Source: Erysipelotrichaceae bacterium
GTDB taxonomy: Bacteria; Bacillota_I; Bacilli_A; RFN20; CAG-826
Assembly: GCA_012837435.1 (NCBI GenBank)
Contig: DURD01000011.1
Span: 4,024-68,023 of the forward strand
Direction of reading: 5' to 3'
Length of the DNA: 64,000 nt
Of this stretch, positions 9,512 through 21,552 are shown one piece after another. The position numbers were made by a program, and so were the translations under genes. How positions within the stretch are numbered: the first letter of the stretch is position 1; every line of letters begins with the position of its first letter. The notes under the pieces were generated by a model. That model was not told where the DNA came from. It saw nothing but the letters and a program-made list of their open reading frames with translations, and ran no database searches.

Positions 9512-9588
9512 CTTTAAAAATAAAATTTTCACATACTAAAGAAATGTTAATTATTCTATAATAGGTCACACGTAACTAGGTGGATGGA

Positions 9589-10962
9589 ATGAATACTTCA
9601 ATATCGGAAATGGCCAGGGTGTGGCAACAGACATTAAAAATCATCGATAAAAGATTAAACGAAAGACATATATTCGATTCTTTTTTCGCTAACACATATA
9701 TCAACGATGTATCTGGCGATGTAGTTACCATTATAGTTGATTCTCTTACATCGGAAAGGTTGTTATCTTCTAAGTATGTGGAAATAATTAAAGAAGCTTT
9801 AAATGATGTGACTGAACACAATTACAATCTGGTCTTCAAACAGCTAAGTGAAATAAAAAAAGTTAACCTAAAACAGAAAAATAAAAAGGTTGAGGAAAGC
9901 TTGTTTTTCAAAGACGCAAAAATTAATACATCTTTAACTTTCGATTCCTTTGTTGAAGGTAGTTTTAACAAAGAGGCTTGTCGCGCTGCTAAAATGATTT
10001 CAAAAAATCCTGGAAAAGTTTTTAACCCTTTGTTCATTTATTCAAACTCAGGTTTAGGTAAAACTCACCTATTGCACGCTATCGGAAATCAAATTAAAAA
10101 TGTCACGAAACCTGGAGCTAAAGTTTTATATATTGACGCCAATGATTTCGTGGATGAATATGTTAAATTTGTTAAAGGTGAAAAAGAATCAGAATCGATT
10201 AAAGACTTCTTTTCAACTGTAGATGTTTTGCTATTTGATGACGTTCAATTTCTAGAAAATAAGGTTAAGACGGAAGAGATGTTTTTCTATGTCTACCAAA
10301 AAATGGTCAACAGCAACAAACAAATTGTGATAACTTCAGATAGACAGCCGAGTGAATTAAAAGGTTTGGAAGATCGTTTGATCACTAGATTTAGTCAAGG
10401 ACTAACGACTAAAATCAATAGTCCGGATATAGCCACTTGTATAAAAATATTAGAAAAACAAATTGAAAAAGTTGAATTAGATATTAAGAATTTTGATCCG
10501 GCAGTTTTAAATTTCTATGCTGAAAAATTTAGCAGTAATGTTAGAGAACTAGAAGGTTCATTTAATAGGTTAATTTTTTACATCACTCAAATAAAACAAG
10601 TTGATAAAGTTACTTTGGATATTGCCATTGAAGCCGTTCAAAGTATCACTGGAACTAAAAATGCTGCCACGCAATTATCCGAACACAAAATAATTAATAT
10701 TGTTTCCAATTATTACAATCTTACTCCTTCTCAATTAGTCGGCAAGTTAAGAACGGGCCAAATTGTTCTCGCTAGACACATTGCCATGTATTTAATTAGA
10801 CTCAACTTAGATGTATCTTTAACAAAAATAGGAAATACTTTTGGTGGTAGAGATCACACCACTGTGATGAACGGTGTATTGAAAGTGGAAAAAATGTTGA
10901 AAAACAACACCGCTTTGAAAGAAGCGATAGATAACCTACAAAAACGATTAAAAACTAATTAA
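9589..10962 (+). CDS. dnaA: Chromosomal replication initiator protein DnaA
   Basis: Walker A SGLGKTHLLHA, Walker B LLFDDVQF, C-terminal box-binding region GGRDHTTVMNG. ATG at 9589 follows AGGTGG; the GTG at 9580 is an alternative start. Confidence 0.95.
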   Translation: MNTSISEMARVWQQTLKIIDKRLNERHIFDSFFANTYINDVSGDVVTIIVDSLTSERLLSSKYVEIIKEALNDVTEHNYNLVFKQLSEIKKVNLKQKNKKVEESLFFKDAKINTSLTFDSFVEGSFNKEACRAAKMISKNPGKVFNPLFIYSNSGLGKTHLLHAIGNQIKNVTKPGAKVLYIDANDFVDEYVKFVKGEKESESIKDFFSTVDVLLFDDVQFLENKVKTEEMFFYVYQKMVNSNKQIVITSDRQPSELKGLEDRLITRFSQGLTTKINSPDIATCIKILEKQIEKVELDIKNFDPAVLNFYAEKFSSNVRELEGSFNRLIFYITQIKQVDKVTLDIAIEAVQSITGTKNAATQLSEHKIINIVSNYYNLTPSQLVGKLRTGQIVLARHIAMYLIRLNLDVSLTKIGNTFGGRDHTTVMNGVLKVEKMLKNNTALKEAIDNLQKRLKTN

Positions 10963-11031
10963 TTTTATTTAAATTAAAAAATGTTTTTTTAAGATATGAT
11001 ATGTTATAATAAATCGGCTGTTAAAAAATAA

Positions 11032-11110
11032 TTATCCACGTTTTCCACCAGGCTAATAATAATAATTAATAAGATATAAATAATAGTATAAAATAAGATA
11101 AATAAAACGA
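11032..11110. promoter_or_regulatory. oriC part 2: two DnaA boxes, a GC clamp, (TAA)4 trios and an AT-rich unwinding element
   Basis: TTATCCACG at 11032-11040 and TTTTCCACC at 11041-11049, then CAGGC, then TAATAATAATAA at 11054-11065, then about 45 nt of almost pure A/T before the dnaN RBS. Confidence 0.7.
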
Positions 11111-11122
11111 AAGGGATCGGCT

Positions 11123-12244
11123 ATGAGATTTACAATCAAACGTGAAGAACTTCTCAAAGGTTTAAATACCGCTTCTAGAGCTGTTGCTAGTAAAAATGTC
11201 AAATCTGTACTAGAAAATTTTAAATTGAACTTAGACGAAAGAGGTTTGTTTATTACTGGAACAGATGAAAACATCTCTATAAAAACTCAAGTTCCTTATC
11301 GTTTGGGTGACGAATTGATTATCAGAAATTACAAAGAAGGCTCCATTTTGATTAAAGCAAAACTTTTAGTTGAAATTGTGAGAAAAATGGATTCGGAAGA
11401 AATCACTCTAGATGTTGTTGATTCCACTATTGCGACCATCAGCAACAATCGTTCAGAATATCGTTTAAATTGCGTTAACACAGACGAATATCCAGAGCTC
11501 GACCTAGAAGCCACTGGCACACAACTAAGTTTGTCTCGCGCTGATTTTGACGTTTTGGTTTCTCAAACAACATTCGCCGCTTCCTTCAAAGAACAACGTC
11601 CGATACTCACGGCTTTAAACCTTGAAGCTAGAGGTGGTATATTGACCGCTACCGCTACAGATTCTGCTCGTATGGCTCGCAAAACATTAAACATTCCTCT
11701 AGGTATTGAATTTGTCGCTAACATCCCAGCGAAAATGATGGACGAAATCAATCATTTGTTAGAGGGGAAAGATTCAGTGGATATTGCTGTAAGTGATAAA
11801 AAAGCATTATTCACTATGGGAACCACGATTGTTTCTACTAGATTAATCGCGGGTGATTATCCAAATACAAAAAATATAGTTCCCAAAATAACTAATTATT
11901 CTCTGGAAGTTAATGCGAATGATTTAATGAAGGCTATTGATAGAGCTAACATTTTGTCGATTGATAGAGAAAACATCGTGGATTTATCGATGAGTGAAGA
12001 AGGGATTGAAATTTCTGCAAAATCTAGTCAAGTCGGTTCGGCCGTGGAAAAAATTGACGTTTTTAAATACGTGGGTCAAGACTTACACGTTTCTTTCAAT
12101 AGTGGTTTTGTCATTGAGGCGGTAAAGGCTCTCGGAAGTACAGATGTGGTGTTCGCGTTTGTGGGCGAAATGAAGCCTTTTGTTATTGAAAACGCTTCAG
12201 ATGATTCCGTGGTACAAGTTGTCACTCCAGTGCGCACTTATTGA
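11123..12244 (+). CDS. dnaN: DNA polymerase III beta sliding clamp
   Basis: 373 aa. MRFTIKREELLKGL N-terminus, typical length and position. Ends with TGA. Confidence 0.95.
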   Translation: MRFTIKREELLKGLNTASRAVASKNVKSVLENFKLNLDERGLFITGTDENISIKTQVPYRLGDELIIRNYKEGSILIKAKLLVEIVRKMDSEEITLDVVDSTIATISNNRSEYRLNCVNTDEYPELDLEATGTQLSLSRADFDVLVSQTTFAASFKEQRPILTALNLEARGGILTATATDSARMARKTLNIPLGIEFVANIPAKMMDEINHLLEGKDSVDIAVSDKKALFTMGTTIVSTRLIAGDYPNTKNIVPKITNYSLEVNANDLMKAIDRANILSIDRENIVDLSMSEEGIEISAKSSQVGSAVEKIDVFKYVGQDLHVSFNSGFVIEAVKALGSTDVVFAFVGEMKPFVIENASDDSVVQVVTPVRTY

Positions 12245-12277
12245 GTGAAAAAAGCCTATTTTTGAATAATACAAATC

Positions 12278-12304
12278 AAGGGAATATTTTATTCCCTTTT
12301 TTGT
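12278..12304 (+). terminator. Rho-independent terminator after dnaN
   Basis: AAGGGAAT / ATTCCCTT stem with a 5-nt loop, followed by a T-run. Confidence 0.75.
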
Positions 12305-12338
12305 TCGTTTGTTTTATAATGGACGCATAGGAGTTTTT

Positions 12339-12557
12339 GTGGTTGAAAAAAGCATTAAATTGAGAGAAGGGGAAGCCTTTATTACGTTAGGTGTTTTGCT
12401 TAAAATCGCCGGTATCATTAGCACAGGCGGTCAAGCAAAATTTTTTCTCAATGAAAATGTTGTTTTAGTTAATGGAGAGAAAGAAAATCGTCGTGGTCGT
12501 AAACTATATCACGATGATAAAATTCATGTCCTTGGTTTGTCATTTTTAATCGATTGA
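12339..12557 (+). CDS. yaaA: S4-domain RNA-binding protein YaaA
   Basis: ITLGVLLKIAGIISTGGQAKFFL...NRRGRKL pattern resembles Bacillus YaaA. GTG at 12339 lies 5 nt after AGGAG; the track TTG at 12309 is probably an over-extension. Confidence 0.85.
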   Translation: MVEKSIKLREGEAFITLGVLLKIAGIISTGGQAKFFLNENVVLVNGEKENRRGRKLYHDDKIHVLGLSFLID

Positions 12558-12558
12558 C

Positions 12559-15683
<3,125 letters not shown>

Positions 15684-15700
15684 GGAAAGGAGTGATTGTT

Positions 15701-18421
15701 ATGTTACTAGATGAAGAAAATAAAATCTTAGCCGAAAACAACGAGAACGACGAAACTGAGGAAGTAGTTTCTCCCGAAGAAGAACGTGAACTTGAGGCTG
15801 GTATTGTAGCCGGTGTAGTAGAAGTTGATACTGTTCCTCTAGTGAAGGAATCATTCCTTGATTATGCGATGAGCGTCATTGTTTCTCGTGCCATTCCCGA
15901 TGTTAGAGATGGTATGAAACCCGTTCATCGACGCATTATTTATTCCATGTCGGAAACAGGCAATACTCCAGATAAGCCATTCAAGAAGTGTGCACGTATC
16001 GTCGGTGAGGTCATGGGTAAATATCACCCTCACGGTGATTCAGCAATCTATGGGGCCCTAGCGAGACTCGCTCAACCATTTGCCATGCGTTACATGCTCG
16101 TCGAAGGCCATGGTAACTTCGGTAGTGTGGATGGCGATGAACCTGCGGCTTATCGTTATACTGAAGCAAGAATGGCTAAATTGGCCTTAGAAATGGTTCG
16201 TGATATCAATTGTAATGTCGTCGATTTCATGGATAACTATGATGGTGTCGATCGAGAACCTACGGTTTTACCAAGCAGATTTCCTAACCTACTAGTTAAT
16301 GGCTCCAGCGGTATCGCTGTTGGGATGGCCACAAATATCCCCCCACACAATTTAAGAGAAGTAATCGACGGGGTTATTGCCATCGCTCATAATCCAGAAA
16401 TTACTGTTGAAGAATTAATGAAATATGTCAAAGGACCTGATTTTCCAACAGGAGGAATGATTTTAGGCAGAAGCGGTATCCGTGATGCCTACGAAAAAGG
16501 TACTGGCAGCATCGCTATTAGATCTAAATGCCGCATCGAAGATCGTGACCACGGACTTAAGCGCATTATCGTTGATGAAATTCCTTATGGTGTTAATAAA
16601 GCCACGATGATTGAAAACATGGCTAATTTAGTCCGCGATAAAGTCATCGAAGGCATTTCTGATATCCGCGATGAATCCAACAAAGACGGCATTCGCATCG
16701 TTATCGAAGTTAAAAGAGATGTAATCGCTGAAGTTTTATTGAATCAGTTATATAAAATGACCAATCTACAAGTGAGTTTCGGCATCATCAATCTCTCTTT
16801 AGTGGACAACGCTCCACAAGTTTGTTCGTTGCCCACTATGCTCCAACAATATCTCGATTTTCAAGTTAGTGTTGTAGAGAGAAGAACAAAATTCTTGTTA
16901 GAAAAAGACGAAACTCGCGACCACATTGTCACGGGTCTAATTCAATGTCATGATAATATCGATGATATCGTTGATATCATTAAAGCGAGTGCCACTCCAG
17001 AAGAAGCTACGAATAAACTCATGGAAAAATATGGCTTCTCTGAACTGCAAGTCAATGCCATTTTAGCGATGAGTTTACGTCGTTTAACAGGCATCGAAAC
17101 CGATAAACTAATCGCCGAACGCGCCCAGCTTGAAAAAAATATCGCTCAATACAAACACATTCTTTCTTCTAGAGAAAATGAAATTGAAGTAGTTATTAAA
17201 GAATTAGAAGAAATTAAGGAAAAATTTGGAGATGATAGAAGAACAGAAATTTCTAACATCGCTTCAAACATCGATGACGAAGATTTAATTCCAGAAGAAG
17301 ATATCGTCATTACCTTATCAAGAGGAGGCTATGTCAAGCGTTTATCCGTCGATACATTTAGAACACAACATCGAGGGGGACGTGGAGTAAGAGGCACAGC
17401 ATTAAATGAGAACGACGTTGTCGATTTAATGGTGTACGCAAAAACTCATACGGATTTACTGTTCTTCACAGATTTAGGGAAGGTGTACCGCATCCGCGGA
17501 TATGAAATCCCTGAATATCAGAGAACAGGAAAAGGTATCCCAATCATCAATTTGATTAACATTGAAAAAGGTGAAAACGTCCAATCTATCATCTCTGTTG
17601 ATGAATATTTAGACTATCGTTATCTCATGTTTTTTACAAAAAAAGGTCTCGTCAAGAGAACCTCGATTTCTGAATTTAAATCAATCCGTCAGAACGGAAA
17701 AATCGCCATCACTTTAAGAGAAGGCGACAACTTGATTAAAGTCAAAGAAATTCAAAACAAGATGAAAGCTGGCGATACGTTAATCGACAAGAGAAAATAC
17801 TACACGATGGAAAGAGATGAAAATGGCGTAGCTGAATTCACTCTTGTCAAAGAACCAAAACAAGAAGATATCGAAGAGTATTATATGAATACCATCGTTG
17901 GCATTGCCTCAAGCGAAGGTAAGATGGTGAATTTTGCTGTCGAAGACGTGCGCCCAATGGGACGTACTGCTTCAGGTGTTATTGGCATCAGCCTTGACGA
18001 AGGCGCTGAGGCAGTGGGGGTCACAGCGGCGTATGAAGGAGAGCTAATTTTAGTTGTCACTGATAAAGGATACGGCAAGATGACTCACTTCTCAGAATAT
18101 CGTGTGACACAACGCGGCGCTAAAGGAGTTACCACTCTTAAATCCAATAATAAAGTTGGCAAAATTGTCGCGGTTCGCACAGTCTCTTCCGAAGATGATT
18201 TACTGGTCATCACTAATTACGGCATTGTAATCAGAGTTCATCTAGGAGAAATACGTCAATCTTCTCGCAACACTCAAGGTGTTAAAATTTTGAATCTGGA
18301 AGGACGTCAAAAAGTATCTTCTATCGCTGTTGTTCCTTATGAAGACGATAGCGAAGAAACAGTGGAAGAAGATGATGAAACGGAAGGCGTTGTTGAAAAC
18401 AACAACGATGAAGACATCTAA
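15701..18421 (+). CDS. gyrA: DNA gyrase subunit A
   Basis: YAMSVIVSRAIPDVRDGMKPVHRR, AAYRYTEARM catalytic Tyr region, GyrA box QHRGGRG. ATG at 15701 lies 8 nt after GGAAAGGAG. Confidence 0.97.
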   Translation: MLLDEENKILAENNENDETEEVVSPEEERELEAGIVAGVVEVDTVPLVKESFLDYAMSVIVSRAIPDVRDGMKPVHRRIIYSMSETGNTPDKPFKKCARIVGEVMGKYHPHGDSAIYGALARLAQPFAMRYMLVEGHGNFGSVDGDEPAAYRYTEARMAKLALEMVRDINCNVVDFMDNYDGVDREPTVLPSRFPNLLVNGSSGIAVGMATNIPPHNLREVIDGVIAIAHNPEITVEELMKYVKGPDFPTGGMILGRSGIRDAYEKGTGSIAIRSKCRIEDRDHGLKRIIVDEIPYGVNKATMIENMANLVRDKVIEGISDIRDESNKDGIRIVIEVKRDVIAEVLLNQLYKMTNLQVSFGIINLSLVDNAPQVCSLPTMLQQYLDFQVSVVERRTKFLLEKDETRDHIVTGLIQCHDNIDDIVDIIKASATPEEATNKLMEKYGFSELQVNAILAMSLRRLTGIETDKLIAERAQLEKNIAQYKHILSSRENEIEVVIKELEEIKEKFGDDRRTEISNIASNIDDEDLIPEEDIVITLSRGGYVKRLSVDTFRTQHRGGRGVRGTALNENDVVDLMVYAKTHTDLLFFTDLGKVYRIRGYEIPEYQRTGKGIPIINLINIEKGENVQSIISVDEYLDYRYLMFFTKKGLVKRTSISEFKSIRQNGKIAITLREGDNLIKVKEIQNKMKAGDTLIDKRKYYTMERDENGVAEFTLVKEPKQEDIEEYYMNTIVGIASSEGKMVNFAVEDVRPMGRTASGVIGISLDEGAEAVGVTAAYEGELILVVTDKGYGKMTHFSEYRVTQRGAKGVTTLKSNNKVGKIVAVRTVSSEDDLLVITNYGIVIRVHLGEIRQSSRNTQGVKILNLEGRQKVSSIAVVPYEDDSEETVEEDDETEGVVENNNDEDI

Positions 18422-18430
18422 AAACTAATT

Positions 18431-19435
18431 ATGAAAGTGCTCGTTTATTTTCAACCGAATTCAAAACGCGACATCTTTGAGGGCGCTAGAATACGTAATA
18501 CCATTAAAGGTGCTCTTGAAATAGCTGAAACGCGATATACGTCTAACTTGTACGATAGTTATGATGTCGCTCATTTCTTGTCGCCTGACGATGAATTCAA
18601 AATAAACGTCGCTCTTGAAAAAGGTGTTCCCGTGGTGGTTTCTGCTCTATTTGGAGAAAACGATCCAGCGGCACGCTTCTTAAACCATAAAAGTAAGGAT
18701 GGTAAAAGATCAACATTTTTAAAACCAAAAGCCTTAAGAATGATGAATAAGGCCACCTTGGTATTAGCACCATGCGAATCCGCGAAACAATTCCTAATCG
18801 ATAGCGGAGTTACTAAACCCATCGAAGTAGTAGTTCCAGGCATCAATTTAGCGAGGTTCAACTTTTCTAGAACTGACGAAAAAGAACTATTCTACCGCTA
18901 TTTTAGAGAAGACAAAAACAAAAGACTCGTCTTAGCGATTGGAGAATATTCTAACAATATGGAAGGACTAACCGCTTTAATCAACGCTGCGCGTAAAAGA
19001 GAAGATGTTTTGTTTTACTATGTTGGTTCAGAAATTTCTAAATCTATCGTCAACAAAGTATCTAAAATAGCACCTAAAAATTTGCATTTTACCACTATTG
19101 TGCACGACGACATTTATCGCAGCATGTTACTAAACGCTACAGTTTTTATGCTGCCAGGTTATAATCTAGCTGGAGTAACATCCATTGTAGAAGCGATGGC
19201 GGCCAACTGTCAGCTCATTGTCAGAAAATCTGCTATTTTTCCAGATTTTCTTAAAAACGAAAAAACCGCCTACATCGCCGAATTTTCCGAAACGCTAACT
19301 TCGCTGTGTTTAGATTATCTTGATAGCAAAATCGATTCCACAACCGAAGAAGCCTATCAAAAAGTTTCGGAGTACAATTTACAACAATTTGGAAACCAAC
19401 TATTAACGATATATGGGACGTTAATCAATAGATAG
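18431..19435 (+). CDS. GT-B fold glycosyltransferase (GT4-like)
   Basis: 334 aa. C-terminal GT4-like E-x7-E region GVTSIVEAMAANCQLIV. Starts 10 nt after gyrA. Confidence 0.7.
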   Translation: MKVLVYFQPNSKRDIFEGARIRNTIKGALEIAETRYTSNLYDSYDVAHFLSPDDEFKINVALEKGVPVVVSALFGENDPAARFLNHKSKDGKRSTFLKPKALRMMNKATLVLAPCESAKQFLIDSGVTKPIEVVVPGINLARFNFSRTDEKELFYRYFREDKNKRLVLAIGEYSNNMEGLTALINAARKREDVLFYYVGSEISKSIVNKVSKIAPKNLHFTTIVHDDIYRSMLLNATVFMLPGYNLAGVTSIVEAMAANCQLIVRKSAIFPDFLKNEKTAYIAEFSETLTSLCLDYLDSKIDSTTEEAYQKVSEYNLQQFGNQLLTIYGTLINR

Positions 19436-19451
19436 AGAGAGGGAAACTAGT

Positions 19452-20735
19452 ATGTTGGACATTAATCTTATTCGTGAAAACCCTGAGAAAATCAAAGAGG
19501 CATTAAAGAAGAAAGCCTGGGATGTCGATTTTACTGAATTATTGATTTGGGACAAAAGAAAAAAAGAACTGATGCAAGTGGTTGAAGGTAACAAAGCAGA
19601 AATCAATCGCTTGTCTGCGAGTGTACCCGCTATGAAAAAAGCTGGGGAAGATGTAAATAAAATATTTGCCAAAGTAAAAGAAATCGCTAAATCAAGCGAA
19701 AATAGTGAAATCGAATTAAAACAATTAGAAGATAAAGTTTTTAATTTTCTCGCCGATCTTCCTAACATTCCCGATGATGATTTGTTGGGAGGCGGAAAAG
19801 AAAATAATAAGATTATTAAAACTATTGGCAAAAAGCCGGAATTCGCTTTTCCTTTGAAAGATCATGTGGAATTAGCAACTTCATTAGGACTAATCGACTA
19901 TGATAGAGCCGCTAAAGTATCAGGACGAGGAACATGGATTTATACAAATTTAGGAGCACAACTCGAATGGGCTTTAATAAACTATTTTATTACAACCCAT
20001 CTAAAAGACGGCTATGAATTTATCCTACCACCTCATTTATTAAATGAAGAAACAGGCTTTGGCGCGGGTCAATTTCCTAAATTCAAAGAAGACGTTTTTT
20101 GGCTCGAGGGAATGGAACCAAAAAGGTTTCTTCTTCCTACCGCAGAAACCGTACTAGTTAACTTATATCGCAACGAGATTTTAAAAGAGGAAGATTTGCC
20201 TAAAAAACTATTTGCTTATACCCCTTGTTATCGCAGCGAAGTAGGCAGTTATCGCACCGAAGAAAGAGGCATGATTCGCGGCTACCAATTTAATAAAGTA
20301 GAGATAGTCCAATACACCAAACCAGAAGACAGCGACGCCGCTTTTGAAGAATTAGTGGGCAAAGCCGAAGCTCTTGTTACTGGGTTAGGATTGCATTTTC
20401 AAATTAGCAAATTAGCCGCGGGAGATATATCCCATTCAATGGCAAGAACGTATGACGTGGAAGTTTATTTGCCAAGTATGGGCATTTATAAAGAAGTTAG
20501 TTCTGCGAGCAACGCCAGAGATTATCAAGCCAGAAGATCGATGAGCCGCTATAGAGATTCTGCTTCCGGAAAAACTAGATATGTTCATACTTTGAACGCT
20601 TCAGGTTTAGCGACTTCTCGTATTTTCCCCGCTATTCTTGAACAATTTCAACAAGAAGATGGATCGGTTATAATTCCAGAAGTTCTTAGGCCGTGGATGG
20701 GCGGTTTAGAAGTTCTTAAACCCGTTAAAAAATAA
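19452..20735 (+). CDS. serS: Seryl-tRNA synthetase
   Basis: 427 aa. N-terminal coiled-coil arm and class II motifs (CYRSEVGSYRTEERGMIRGYQFNKVE, NASGLATSR). Confidence 0.96.
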   Translation: MLDINLIRENPEKIKEALKKKAWDVDFTELLIWDKRKKELMQVVEGNKAEINRLSASVPAMKKAGEDVNKIFAKVKEIAKSSENSEIELKQLEDKVFNFLADLPNIPDDDLLGGGKENNKIIKTIGKKPEFAFPLKDHVELATSLGLIDYDRAAKVSGRGTWIYTNLGAQLEWALINYFITTHLKDGYEFILPPHLLNEETGFGAGQFPKFKEDVFWLEGMEPKRFLLPTAETVLVNLYRNEILKEEDLPKKLFAYTPCYRSEVGSYRTEERGMIRGYQFNKVEIVQYTKPEDSDAAFEELVGKAEALVTGLGLHFQISKLAAGDISHSMARTYDVEVYLPSMGIYKEVSSASNARDYQARRSMSRYRDSASGKTRYVHTLNASGLATSRIFPAILEQFQQEDGSVIIPEVLRPWMGGLEVLKPVKK

Positions 20736-20756
20736 GCGATTTTCTATTAGATAAAA

Positions 20757-20781
20757 CGTCGATGAAAAGTCGGCGTTTTTT
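20757..20781 (+). terminator. Rho-independent terminator after serS
   Basis: ACGTCGA / TCGGCGT stem (one G-U pair), 7-nt loop, then TTTTTT. Confidence 0.7.
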
Positions 20782-20953
20782 AATTAAAAATAAGAGGAGA
20801 ATGTTTTATAAAAAACGTGAAAAAAAGAGAACATATAATACAAGTATTTTGTTTGAATTATAACTCTATTTAACAACCTACAATTTATAATAAAAAACAA
20901 ACAATTAATACTTTCGGTTTTAAAAAATGACACTTTATAACGAGGGTGTCAAA

Positions 20954-20962
20954 TGTTATAAT
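20954..20962 (+). promoter_or_regulatory. Extended -10 promoter element for the SRP RNA
   Basis: TGtTATAAT ends 6 nt before the first paired base of the predicted RNA helix. Confidence 0.55.
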
Positions 20963-20968
20963 TTGTAT

Positions 20969-21050
20969 GCCATCGCGATGAATGTTTGCGAACCAGGTCA
21001 GGACAGGAATGTAGCAGCCTTAAGTTTTATGTTCATGTGCGGTGGTTTAT
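20969..21050 (+). ncRNA. ffs: Small (4.5S-type) signal recognition particle RNA
   Basis: CCAGGUCAGG-ACA-GGAA-UGU-AGCAGCC at 20993-21019 matches the domain IV core CCAGGUCAGGUCCGGAAGGAAGCAGCC. The stem closing the GGAA tetraloop has compensatory changes (ACA/UGU for UCC/GGA). A 14-bp terminal helix pairs 20969-20982 with 21032-21046. Confidence 0.8.
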
Positions 21051-21055
21051 TAAAT

Positions 21056-21523
21056 ATGAAACGTCAAATTGAATATATGAAAATAGCTTTAGAGGAAGCC
21101 CAATTAGCGGCTCTTGAAGACGAAGTACCTGTTGGTTGCGTTATTGTTTGCGATAATCAAATTATTGCTAGAGCTCATAACCAAAGAGATAAAACCAACA
21201 ATCCTCTCGGACACGCTGAAATGCTAGCGATTAAAAAAGCCAGTGAAGTTATTGGAGATTGGCAACTAGTCAACTGCGAACTATATGTTACTGTTGAGCC
21301 GTGCATTATGTGTGGAGGAGCAATCATTCAATCTAGAATAAGCAAAGTGGTATATGGGACACCCGACATTAAAGGGGGAGCCTTTGGAAGTTCGATTGAC
21401 ATCTTGACCGCTACCAACATTAATCATCGTCCAAAAATAATAAAAGGTGTTCTCGAGCAAGAGTGTTCGCAAATTATCAAAGACTATTTTAAGGAAAAAA
21501 GAAACATAAATTTAAAAAAATAA
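21056..21523 (+). CDS. tadA: tRNA-specific adenosine-34 deaminase
   Basis: 155 aa from the ATG at 21056. Zinc motifs GHAEMLAI and PCIMCGGA. N-terminus MKRQIEYMKIALEEA matches the usual TadA start. The track's 43 extra codons overlie the SRP RNA. Confidence 0.9.
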   Translation: MKRQIEYMKIALEEAQLAALEDEVPVGCVIVCDNQIIARAHNQRDKTNNPLGHAEMLAIKKASEVIGDWQLVNCELYVTVEPCIMCGGAIIQSRISKVVYGTPDIKGGAFGSSIDILTATNINHRPKIIKGVLEQECSQIIKDYFKEKRNINLKK

Positions 21524-21549
21524 ACTTGGTTTGCAAGCCAAGTTTTTTT
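21522..21549 (+). terminator. Rho-independent terminator after tadA
   Basis: 9-bp stem (AACTTGGTT / AGCCAAGTT, one G-U pair), TGCA loop, then T7. Confidence 0.85.
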
Positions 21550-21552
21550 ATT

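Noticed and set aside
9339-9821. Three small ORFs (9339-9539 +, 9360-9569 -, 9576-9821 -) in the rpmH-dnaA spacer and the dnaA 5' end
   Set aside because: They overlie the DnaA-box cluster or are antisense to dnaA. They are low-complexity AT-rich translations with no RBS.
19421-19831. 136-aa minus-strand ORF overlapping the serS 5' region
   Set aside because: It is antisense to serS, is hydrophobic and low-complexity, and has no RBS. The same reasoning applies to 44428-44796, 44814-45137, 45584-45994 and the other antisense ORFs inside the ABC genes.
20801-20863. 20-codon ORF (MFYKKREKKRTYNTSILFEL) after the serS terminator, next to AAGAGGAGA
   Set aside because: The SD core ends only 1 nt before the ATG, which is too close. 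The peptide is low-complexity, and I have no conservation evidence.
20927-21055. 5' extension of the tadA ORF (43 codons, MTLYNEGVKCYNLY...)
   Set aside because: This stretch folds into a canonical SRP RNA with its own extended -10 element. TadA homologues start at the equivalent of the ATG at 21056.
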